DNA of 49,386 nt from an uncultured Gammaproteobacteria bacterium (GTDB taxonomy: Bacteria; Pseudomonadota; Gammaproteobacteria; UBA9214): NCBI GenBank assembly GCA_963827755.1, contig CAWHCQ010000027.1, positions 1 to 49,386 of the forward strand, written 5' to 3'. Below are positions 40,729-49,386 of the stretch, piece by piece. Within the stretch, counting starts at the first letter, position 1, and each line of letters opens with the position of its first letter. Position numbers and translations under genes: made by a program. The notes under the pieces were generated by a model that did no database searches, was not told where the DNA came from, and saw nothing but the letters and a program-made list of their open reading frames with translations.

Positions 40729-42984
40729 TTAGCAGTCCCCCTGCGTACAGAACCCGCCGACCCGCGCAGATCCGTCGCTACCATCGTTTGCCGGGACATC
40801 GCCGGTACCACCGTTGACCGTGATGGTGCCCGTATTGCTGGTCGAATCCACGACCGGTTAGTTCCACGTCCGCACCATCGCCACCGGTACCCCCTGCTGC
40901 CGTGGCGTTGCCGCCGGTCCCGGTAATGTCGCCGCTGTTGGTGGTATTGATGGCGGACACCAGGATTTCGCATCGGCATCGCCTCCGTTGTCAACGCCGT
41001 CACCGCCACTTGCCGCGATTGCCATGGTGTTGCTGACATCGCCCAGTTCGGAGTACATCTGTATGTAGCCACCGTCGCCACCGACGCTGGCGGCGCCGGT
41101 ACCGGCGCCGCCGTTGCTGGTGAGTGTGGCGGTGTTGGTAATGCCGTTATTGCCAAACATTTCGATGTCGTCACCGCTGCCGCCGATACCCGCCTACACG
41201 TCGAACCACCGCTGGCATCTATGGGACCACTGTTGATCACCTGCGCCAGCAGCTCACCTGTGCTCGGATCGACCGCGAGATCCGCGTAGTAGAAGGTGGT
41301 ATACAGCGCAACACCGCCGCCACCACCACCGCTACCAGCTGGTCGTGGCATTGCCGCCGCGGGTGGTGATCGAGGCCTCATTGACGGTGTTGCCGCTGGG
41401 CACACCGAAACCGTGCTTCATGGTAACCATACTTGTTGTACAAGATCGACGTTACCGCCGCTGCCGCCGCCCGTGTGCGCCATGCGCCGCCGCTGGTATC
41501 CAGGCTGGCGTAGCCGAGCAGCATCGAACGCTGATTGGTCGGGTAGTCGGTCTCCATTGAAATATCGACAGCACCGCCGCTGCCGCCAGCGCCGGTGGCC
41601 GCCAGCGCCGCCGGAGGTGTCCAGATTGCCCGAGACCAGGGTGTCGCCGGCGATGGAATCGCCGGCGTTAAGACTGTCTACGTCGTTAACATACAAGCCA
41701 ATAGCACCGCCACTTCCGCCATCGGTGGAGCCCGCACCACCCGTGGTGGTGATGTCGCCGCTCGAGAACAGGTCAGCGCCATCCGAGTAAAGATAGACGT
41801 CGCCGCCATCGCCGCCGTCACCCGCCGAGGCCATGCCACCTGAAGTGGTGATATCGCCGCTGTTGAGCACACTGCCCGGATCGGCATCCATGTCGACTTC
41901 GCCGCCGTCGCCGCCGGCCGTCGTGCCATCACCGCCCGTGGTGGTCATGTCGCCGGAATTGTACAGGTTGCCCTCTTCGCCATCGCCGGAATACAAATCG
42001 ATAGAACCGCCGTCGCCACCGGCGCCCGCCGTGTTGTCGGCGCCGTCCGTGTTGATCGGGCCGGTGTTCTCGAGCCGGAAATCCGCGTACAAGTCGACAT
42101 CGCCACCGGCGCCGCCGGAGTCTGAGAAGCCCGTGGTCTTGATGCCGCCGTGGTTGATGATATTGCCGTTGGCGTCGATGTCGAGATCGCCGCCGCTATT
42201 AAAGGCGGCATTGCCGCTGAGATCAATCTCGCTGCTGGCGATGTAGGAATCGACATCGATATTCAGATCGATACGGGCACCGCCAAACCCGGCGGCCGTG
42301 GTGACCGTACCCAGGTTATCGAGGTCGTTGGCAAGCGTGACACAGGCGGGATCGCCGGCGGCGATATCCACTGATTCAAGCGTCAGTGTCATGCCGTTAT
42401 TGACCTTGATACCCGTTACCGCAGGTTCGTCCCCTGTAGCCGCATCGCCATCTGAAATATAGACAGTGCCACGAGGGCCAGTGCAGGTTGACGGCGTCGA
42501 TAATCTGGTAGGGTTCGCCGCACCGGAGCAGTATTTGCGCCCGCGGTTTCCCGGGAAATGGTGGTATCGGCTGCGCACTGTTAAGGGTTCGTCGCCGAGG
42601 TAGCCGGTCGCGCTGGTCATGGTGAAGCTGGCGTCGGCCGCATTGGCGTTGAAAATACCCAGCACGCCAAGGGCGCCCTCTTTGTTCTGTTCAAAGTCGC
42701 CGCCGGAACCGCCCGACCCTGCCGTGCTAGCACCACCCTTCATGTTGATGGTATAGGCGCCGGCCGGCCCCGCGATCACGCCCTCGGTGGATTGGGTGAA
42801 GGGGGATCCTGCCCGCGGTGGAGCTGTTAATGATAATAGTGTCGCCGTCATCATCATGGAAGCAGCCACCCAGCGTCAGGCTAGTACTGATCGCAACGAC
42901 CAGGGGCGCAAGTTTGAAATTATGTTGATTCGTATGTTGGATTGATGGAGTGGCGTGACGAGGTGTTTTTCTGCTTCTACTCAT
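40729..42984 (-). CDS. Large Gly/Asp-rich repeat lipoprotein (~750 aa, probable beta-solenoid surface protein); multiple frameshifts
   Basis: N-terminus MSRSRKTP...LAPLVVAISTSLTLGGC (lipobox) preceded by the RBS GGGAGAAG; ~30-aa repeats NSGDITTxGG....GGDGGxVxL spread over ORFs 41418-42869, 40858-41160 and 40778-40960; manual end ...TVNGGTGDVPANDGSDGSARVGGFCTQGDC* at 40729. Confidence 0.7.
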
Positions 42985-43481
42985 ATTGGTACTTCTCCCT
43001 TGCTATTCAGAACAATCCAACCATGCTGATCGTTTGGTTGCTCGATAAAATTACGTAGGTTTCGTGACGGGAGTGTATCAATTCACACTCTTAATTCAAG
43101 GCTAATTTCAGATGCGCAACATCCAGGTAATTTTTACCCCGTCAAGCAATCCGAGACGTCTGATCACATCCGAAAATTTCTGCGCGTTGCCTCAAACTGG
43201 TTAATGCGTGTGTGACTCGGCCGGACGGACATGATCCCCCGAAAAGGACCCGCCAGGGCAGGTATACGGCCGACATTCACGGTATTGTTTGTGTGGCGTC
43301 ATTTATTTGGCGAGGTCCGACCTCTCGATCCTGGCCCCTCCGGTTCGCGGTGAACCCCGGTTCTGTGAGATACTTTGCCGATTTAGTCCGGGTGTAGCGC
43401 CATTGTGGCGGTGTCGATCCGGTTTTTTGTGCCAGGTGCTACCACAGGCAGGTTCGAAACAATCATTTTCAGGACAATATC

Positions 43482-45098
43482 TTGATTTCTACAGCAAATA
43501 TAACCATGCAGTTCGGGGCGAAACCCCTGTTTGAAAATATCTCGGTCAAGTTCAGCGGCGGCAATCGCTACGGTCTGATCGGCGCCAACGGCTGCGGCAA
43601 GTCGACCCTGATGAAAATTCTCGGCGGTGACCTGGAGCCGACCTCGGGCACGGTCATGGTCGACAGCGGCGAGCGTGTCGGCAAGCTGCGCCAGGACCAG
43701 TTTGCCTTCGAGGAATACACGGTACTGGATACCGTGATCATGGGTCATGTGCGGCTGTCGGAAGTGAAGCATGAACGCGATCGCATTTACTCCCTTGCCG
43801 AGATGAGCGAGGCCGACGGCATGAAGGTGGCGGAACTGGAAGTCGAGTTCGCCGAACTGGATGGCTACACCGCCGAGGCGCGTGCCGGCGAGCTGCTGCT
43901 CGGTCTGGATATTCCCCTCGAGCAGCACAACGGCCCGATGAGCGCCGTCGCGCCGGGCTGGAAGCTGCGCGTATTGCTGGCCCAGGCACTGTTCGCCGAC
44001 CCGGACATCATGCTGCTCGACGAGCCGACCAACAACCTCGATATCAACACGATTCGCTGGCTGGAAGACGTGCTCAATGAACGCAACAGCACGATGGTTA
44101 TCATTTCCCATGACCGCCACTTTTTGAACAGTGTCTGCACGCACATGGCCGACCTGGATTATGGTGAACTGCGCGTCTACCCGGGCAACTACGATGAATA
44201 CATGACCGCCGCCACCGCGGTGCGCGAACGCATGTACGCCGACAATGCCAAAAAGAAAACCCAGATCGCCGAGTTGCAGAGTTTCGTCAGCCGATTTTCC
44301 GCCAATGCCTCCAAGGCAAAGCAGGCCACCTCGCGCGCCAGGCAAATCGAGAAGATCAAGCTCGAGGACATCAAGCCCTCGAGCCGGCAGAACCCGTTCC
44401 TGCGTTTCGAGCAGGACAAGAAGCTGTACCGGCTTGCGCTGGAAGTGGAGGGTTTGAGCAAGGGTTATGACGGAACGCCCTTGTTCGAGGATCTCGACAT
44501 GCAGCTTGAAGTCGGTCAACGCATCGCGATTATCGGCCCCAACGGCATCGGCAAGACAACCCTGCTGCGTTGCCTGGTCGAAGACCTGAAGCCTGACAGC
44601 GGCACGGTGAAATGGTCCGAAAACGCCAACGTCGGTTACTACGCCCAGGACCATGCCGCCGATTTTGCATCCAACACCACCCTGTACGACTGGATGGAGC
44701 ACTGGAAGAAGGAAACCGATGATGAGCAGATGGTGCGCGGTACGCTCGGTCGGCTGCTGTTCTCGCAGGACGAAATCAAGAAGCCGGTCAAGGTGATATC
44801 CGGCGGCGAGCAGGGGCGCATGCTGTTTGGCAAGCTGATGCTGCAACGGCCGAACATCATGGTCATGGATGAACCGACCAATCACCTCGATATGGAGTCC
44901 ATCGAATCACTGAACACGGCGCTTGAAAACTATCCCGGCACCCTGATCTTCGTCAGCCACGACCGTGAATTCGTCTCCTCCCTGGCGACCCGGATCATGG
45001 AACTGACACCCACGGGCGTGATCAACTTCAGCGGCAGTTACGAGGAGTATCTCGACAGCCAGGAGATGGACGGGAAGAGGGCGGTTGCCGGGGCCTGA
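43482..45098 (+). CDS. ybiT: ABC-F family ATPase YbiT
   Basis: [25 protein letters not shown]-terminus; two Walker A motifs ([18 protein letters not shown]), [29 protein letters not shown] linker; no TM segments. Confidence 0.92.
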   Translation: MISTANITMQFGAKPLFENISVKFSGGNRYGLIGANGCGKSTLMKILGGDLEPTSGTVMVDSGERVGKLRQDQFAFEEYTVLDTVIMGHVRLSEVKHERDRIYSLAEMSEADGMKVAELEVEFAELDGYTAEARAGELLLGLDIPLEQHNGPMSAVAPGWKLRVLLAQALFADPDIMLLDEPTNNLDINTIRWLEDVLNERNSTMVIISHDRHFLNSVCTHMADLDYGELRVYPGNYDEYMTAATAVRERMYADNAKKKTQIAELQSFVSRFSANASKAKQATSRARQIEKIKLEDIKPSSRQNPFLRFEQDKKLYRLALEVEGLSKGYDGTPLFEDLDMQLEVGQRIAIIGPNGIGKTTLLRCLVEDLKPDSGTVKWSENANVGYYAQDHAADFASNTTLYDWMEHWKKETDDEQMVRGTLGRLLFSQDEIKKPVKVISGGEQGRMLFGKLMLQRPNIMVMDEPTNHLDMESIESLNTALENYPGTLIFVSHDREFVSSLATRIMELTPTGVINFSGSYEEYLDSQEMDGKRAVAGA

Positions 45099-45101
45099 GC
45101 A

Positions 45102-45656
45102 TTGGCCACGGACGAGGCTGTTGTTGAACAAACCCGTGCATGGGTGCGCACGGTAGTCGTCGGGGCCGGATTTTGTCCGTTTGCAGCCAATGAACTGGCA
45201 CGTGACAGTATCCGCTACAGTGTCAGCTGCGAAACCCGCCTTGAAGACTGCCTGGAAGTATTTGTCGACGGCTGTTTGCGGCTTGATAATGACAGTCAAA
45301 TAGAAACAAGCCTGCTTGTATACCCCGATGCCTTTGCTGAATTCGACGCCTACCTGGGATTTGTGGAACTGGCAGAGGACCTGCTGATCGAGCAGGGCTA
45401 TGAAGGCATTTACCAGCTGGCGAGCTTTCACCCGCACTACTGTTTCGCGGCTGCCGAAGCAGATGATCCCGCCAACTATACCAACCGGTCACCCTACCCG
45501 ATGTTGCACCTGCTCAGGGAAGCAAGCCTCGACCGGGCCCTGGAAGCCTTTACTCATCCCGAGGATATTCCGCAGCGTAATATCGAAACCGCCAGGACCA
45601 TGGGGCTGGAAAAAATGCAGCAGATGCTGGGTGATTGTTTGAAGCCCCTGGTGTGA
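45102..45656 (+). CDS. DUF1415 family protein
   Basis: W...VVVG..FCPFA, ETSLLV.P, EGIYQLASFHP.Y.F, NYTNRSPYPMLHLLREAS, IPQRNI. Confidence 0.88.
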   Translation: MATDEAVVEQTRAWVRTVVVGAGFCPFAANELARDSIRYSVSCETRLEDCLEVFVDGCLRLDNDSQIETSLLVYPDAFAEFDAYLGFVELAEDLLIEQGYEGIYQLASFHPHYCFAAAEADDPANYTNRSPYPMLHLLREASLDRALEAFTHPEDIPQRNIETARTMGLEKMQQMLGDCLKPLV

Positions 45657-45659
45657 TGC

Positions 45660-46139
45660 GTGGATAGAGTCGCGATATTTGCAGATGTCCAGAATATCTA
45701 TTACACGGTCAGGCAAAGTCATGGTTGTCATTTTGATTACAGGAAATTCCGCTTTCGTGCCGGCTCTGAACGGCAAGTCGTGAAGGCAATTGCCTATGCG
45801 ATCGATCGTGGCGATGAGCAACAACGAAAATTCCAGAAGACTCTGGAAAACATCGGTTTTGAAATAAAGCTCAAGCCATTTATTCAGCGAAGCGACGGTT
45901 CTGCCAAGGGTGACTGGGATGTGGGCATTGCACTCGATGTGATCGAGTATGCAGCACTCGTCGATGTGATCGTGCTGGCATCGGGAGATGGTGACTTCGA
46001 TCTGCTGGTTGATAAAGCGATCAACAACTACGGCGTCCAGGTTGAAGTCTATGGTGTGCCTGCGCTCACGGCACAGTCCCTGGTTAACGCGGCCAGCCGC
46101 TTTATACCCGTAGAGGGTGACCTGTTACTGGCGAAATGA
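45660..46139 (+). CDS. NYN/LabA/DUF88 domain protein (stand-alone PIN-like)
   Basis: IFADVQNIYY, KGDWDVGIALD, LASGDGDFDLL, VYGV..LTA.SL. Confidence 0.88.
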   Translation: MDRVAIFADVQNIYYTVRQSHGCHFDYRKFRFRAGSERQVVKAIAYAIDRGDEQQRKFQKTLENIGFEIKLKPFIQRSDGSAKGDWDVGIALDVIEYAALVDVIVLASGDGDFDLLVDKAINNYGVQVEVYGVPALTAQSLVNAASRFIPVEGDLLLAK

Positions 46140-46199
46140 TGTGCCTGCCAGTGTATGTCTTTGCAGTTTGCAGGCTGAACAATTCGCGCCTGGAAAAAG

Positions 46200-46378
46200 G
46201 GCTCTTCCCCTACCCCCATTGGGACTGCATCTGGATGACAGATGACGATGAAACACCGCTGGTCGAATGAATTCGACCCTACAGTAGGGCCGAATTCATT
46301 CGGCCAACAACCTTGCTATTAGAAGGAATGCGTTTCGTCTAAATTGATTAATGCACCCACTCAATCAGGGGAAGGGCC
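46200..46378. mobile_element. Second, shorter (179 bp) inverted copy of the REP-carrying MITE
   Basis: Ends GGCTCTTCCCC and (reverse complement) GGCCCTTCCCCTGATTGAGTGGGT. The reverse complement of 46231-46378 aligns to 22712-22900. REPs at 46261-46282 and 46284-46305. Flanks GGAAAAAG (46192-46199) and GAAAAAAG (46379-46386), one mismatch. Confidence 0.8.
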
Positions 46379-46446
46379 GAAAAAAGTATGCAGGCCGTTT
46401 CGCTTGTATTAATGGTGCGCATGCAACAGTATCGCTGAACGGGCCA

Positions 46447-47490
46447 TCAGGCCTGCTGCTTGCCGCTATCCAGCCTTGCCCACTCATGCTGCCTGATCAG
46501 GCGCTGGATGAGTTCGATATACTTTTGACCTTTGGCCGAATATTTTTCCAGGCCCGATGCCAGTTCATGGCCGTCGATCACCTGCCGGGATTCTCTTAAC
46601 TGGCCGCGTATCTCCCGCAGCGGTTTATAGGCCGGGTGACTGTTCAGCGTGTGCATGTAATAGCGTACCGAGTCACCGACATCAGCGAAGATGCGCACCA
46701 GGTGTGTTTTCCCCGGTTCCCGCTTTTTGGGTGTAAGGCCTTTGCTTTCATCATAGGTCCAGATGCCGAAGAGGTTGTTCGCCTCCGTCGCAAACCTTGA
46801 TTTGCCCCAGGCGCTCTCGTTGGCAGCCTGTGCCAGCGCCAGCGATGAAGGAATGATATCGATCTTGCGCAGCAATTCAGCGCGCGCGGACTGGCTGGTC
46901 GACGGATCACCATCGACGCGGTATTTCCCGGCAAGTTTTTGCAGGCGCAGTTTTTCAGCCGCGCTGCTTTTTCCATTGTCGACCCGGGTAAACAGCGCGA
47001 TCACATCGAGGCGTAATTTCGACAGGCGCCGGTTTTCCTTTTCAATGTGCGGCAGCAGTGTCGCGATAAAGTCCTGCTTGTTATCACTCAAGACAACCCC
47101 GTCGCCGCTGTTGTCGTTATCGACACGGCGCGGCTTCTGTTTGACGTTACCGGCAGTGTTTTTCACGCTTGCCTTTGCGCTGGTGTTTGCAGCGGGCGCG
47201 ACAGGCGGTCTTGCCGGTACATACCCCGGCTGGCGATATCCGCCCGGGCGCAGCGGCTGAACCGGGTAACCATTGGCGGGATAGTAGGGCTGCGGCGCCC
47301 GGGCATACGGGTTGTAGGCATTGCCTGCGGCGGGGTAGGGATACGGCGCACGGGCATACGGGTTGTAGCCATGCTGCGGCACGGCATAGGGATACGCACC
47401 AGGGTAGGCGTACTGACGGGCAATTGCCTGCCCGCTGAGGGACAGCAACAGCAGGCTTGCGATTGATAACAGCCGTAAAACAGACATATG
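46447..47490 (-). CDS. Bax-like glucosaminidase-domain protein with Tyr/Pro-rich N-terminal extension
   Basis: Signal peptide; K..FI..LLP.I..EN, IPSSLALAQAANESAWGKSRFA.EANNLFGIW, YMHTLNSHPAY..LR, L..YS.KG..Y. Start MSVLRLL at 47490 (or 47499). Confidence 0.85.
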   Translation of the reverse strand, partial: HMSVLRLLSIASLLLLSLSGQAIARQYAYPGAYPYAVPQHGYNPYARAPYPYPAAGNAYNPYARAPQPYYPANGYPVQPLRPGGYRQPGYVPARPPVAPAANTSAKASVKNTAGNVKQKPRRVDNDNSGDGVVLSDNKQDFIATLLPHIEKENRRLSKLRLDVIALFTRVDNGKSSAAEKLRLQKLAGKYRVDGDPSTSQSARAELLRKIDIIPSSLALAQAANESAWGKSRFATEANNLFGIWTYDESKGLTPKKREPGKTHLVRIFADVGDSVRYYMHTLNSHPAYKPLREIRGQLRESRQVIDGHELASGLEKYSAKGQKYIELIQRLIRQHEWARLDSGKQQA

Positions 47491-47584
47491 CGCCACCATG
47501 CCAACAGTTCAAAGGCATAGTAGCTTATAAGAATAAGCTTATATATACAATACTCTGAGCCAGGTTGCTGTATTTACAGTGTTT

Positions 47585-47833
47585 TCAGTACTCTCCGTAC
47601 CAGCTGCCATCGGCTTTGCGGACAAACCAGTTGTGGCTGTACCAGTGAAAACGGCCTGGTTGGCTGGAGGGCAGGGTGCAGTTGGTGCGGCTGCGCCCGG
47701 GGCGGAGATCGAAGTTCGGCTTCACCGAAAACTGCGCAGGGTGGTCATAACCGGCGTACTGGCGCGCGCTGGCTGCTCCGCTGACAACCAGCAACAGCAG
47801 GCTTGTTATTGATAACAAACGTAAAACAGGCAT
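47585..47833 (-). other. Chimeric 82-aa ORF: diverged Bax signal peptide fused to the deacetylase C-terminus
   Basis: MPVLRLLSITSLLLLVVSGAASARQYA matches the Bax N-terminus MSVLRLLSIASLLLLSLSGQAIARQYA; FSVKPNFDLRPGRSRTNC...WYGEY matches FTVKPKFDLRAGRSRTNC...WYGEY of 47932-48417. Confidence 0.75.
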
Positions 47834-47931
47834 GGGTTTGACTACCCTGAAAGTTCAAAGGAGCAGCAGTATATAAGAATAAGCTAATATTTACAATACG
47901 CCCTGTTCAGAACGCTTTTTTTACAATGATT

Positions 47932-49177
47932 TCAGTATTCCCCATACCAGCTGCCATCGGCCTGCCTGACAAACCAGTTGTGACTGTACCAGTGAAAACG
48001 GCCTTTTTGCCCTGAGGGCAGGGTGCAGTTGGTGCGGCTGCGCCCGGCTCGAAGATCGAATTTCGGCTTCACCGTGAACCGGTCAGGGTTATCCGTTGCC
48101 CAGGTCAGCTCAACGTTAGTGCTGCCGCCGACAAAACATTGCAGCGTGTCCCTGGAATAGCTGCCCGGTTCCAGCGTGATGGTCAGTTCAGGACGCCATT
48201 GCCCCAATGGTACGAGCGGGTCTTCGGGTTCTGCCGCTACAACCGCAAGGGGTAGTGAGTTGACCTTGGTCCTGAAACCCGGCATGCCGGCATAGTGCAC
48301 ATTCATGGGGAAGCGCGGCAATGCACCGAAATCTGCACCCGGCCAGAGCGGGCCCGATTGCTGGCCGAAGCCGATCAGTCCAAATGACTTGATGATCTGG
48401 ATGACCGCTCGCCGCAACCACCGGCAATGCTAAGGATTTTACCTTGGTCCTGAAGCCCGGCATGGCGGCATAGCAGGTGTTCATGGGAAAGCGCGGCAGT
48501 GCACCGAAGTCCGCGCCCGGCCAGAGCGGGCCGGATTGCTGGCCGAAGCCGGTCAGTCCGATGGCCTTGATGAGCTGCAGGGTTTGAGGATTGTATTCGC
48601 CAAAGGGATGCGCAAACAGCCGGGGCGCAGTGCCGATTTCCCGGGTGATTCTTTGCTGTGCGGTCTGTATGTCGTTGCTGATCCTGTCGCGCCATGCCGC
48701 AGTAGTTTCACCCGGCTGCCTGCGTATCAGGTGAGCATGTGTATGGCCATGGTTTTCAAACGCCACGCCATGTTGTGACATCTCGCGCATCTGTTGCCAG
48801 GTCATGTACGAGGCGATGCCCCTGTCGACGCCATCGCTGTTGACGAAGACCGTCATTGGCCAGTTGAGCGCCTTGAGGCGGGGCCAGGCATTTTGATAAA
48901 CAGAGGCGTAGGCATCATCCACGGTCAGGCTGACGCATTTCTCCGGCAGTTCGGTATTGTTTTGCAGTGCAGCCACGACTTCGCGCAACGGCATTACCTT
49001 GAAATTATTCGTCTTCAGGTAATCCAGGTGCTCATTAAACTGTTCCGGCGTAACGCTGGTGATTGCGGGAGTATCGTTACTGACATGATGGTACTGCAGC
49101 ACGACACAGCTGCGCGCGGCCTGCACGGGAGCAAAATAAACGAACAGAAAAAACAGCAGTAAAAGTCTCGCCATCAT
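47932..49177 (-). pseudogene. Polysaccharide deacetylase (NodB/PgaB-like), interrupted near 48408 by a diverged duplicate segment
   Basis: Signal peptide, VLQYHHV, LTVDDAY, FENHGHTHAHL, FAHPFGEY. The segment GFGQQSGPLWPGADFGALPRFPMN...RTKV occurs twice in different frames; the C-terminus is in ORF 47932-48417. Confidence 0.75.
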
Positions 49178-49244
49178 GTTGCCATTTCCCTGGTCAGGCT
49201 TGAACGGAAGGGATGAGTATCCTGCCGGATGCATTCGCGCCTGC

Positions 49245-49386
49245 TCACTGGAATAGTGTTTTTAGTTCTTTGGGTGGTTCATACAACTCGCCAAGTTCCT
49301 CGTGAATCACGGGCAATAGGGTCTGTCACCACATCCTTCAGGCGCAGTCCCGTGATGGTTGCCAGCGGCCGCTTGCGGCCATGCAA
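49245..49386 (-). CDS. 3' end of a gene entering from beyond the window (unassigned; probable frameshift near 49318)
   Basis: Manual translation LHGRKRPLATITGLRLKDVVTD|LLPVIHEELGELYEPPKELKTLFQ* looks protein-like if one C is removed; family not recognised. Confidence 0.3.

Noticed and set aside
43383-44885. 500-aa minus-strand ORF
   Set aside because: Antisense shadow of ybiT.

Overview
GC-rich bacterial chromosomal window. The TusE/DsrC-family, Bat, YbiT, DUF1415 and Bax-type genes suggest a gammaproteobacterium, possibly a sulfur oxidiser (inference). No rRNA, tRNA or CRISPR array was seen. In order it contains: an SDR gene tail; a Na/Pi cotransporter; a glutamate dehydrogenase with an animal-like C-terminal insert; a transglutaminase/Anbu/alpha-E/circularly permuted ATP-grasp module; a MoxR-DUF58-DUF4381-BatA/B/D operon; a soluble Cache-like protein; NYN-LOTUS; a single-Cys TusE/DsrC; two RND pump pairs separated by a REP-carrying MITE (8-bp target duplication, second copy at 46.2 kb); AmmeMemoRadiSam radical SAM-ahcY-pcm; an N-formylglutamate amidohydrolase/QEGLA (MATCAP-like) peptidase/GshB-like ligase trio; an accessory locus at 35-43 kb; YbiT, DUF1415 and NYN; a Bax-like glucosaminidase; and a polysaccharide deacetylase interrupted by about 660 bp from a diverged copy of the same locus. 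The 35-43 kb locus (U32-like Fe-S protein, Asp/Asn beta-hydroxylase-sulfotransferase fusion, SEC-C/TPR sulfotransferase, STN-like exported protein, ~750-aa Gly/Asp-rich repeat lipoprotein) is the best candidate for an undescribed system: a possible hydroxylation/sulfation pathway for a surface protein. Many frameshifts between 33.7 and 43 kb look like sequencing or assembly errors, so genes there were reconstructed by hand. All family assignments come from motif recognition, not database searches.
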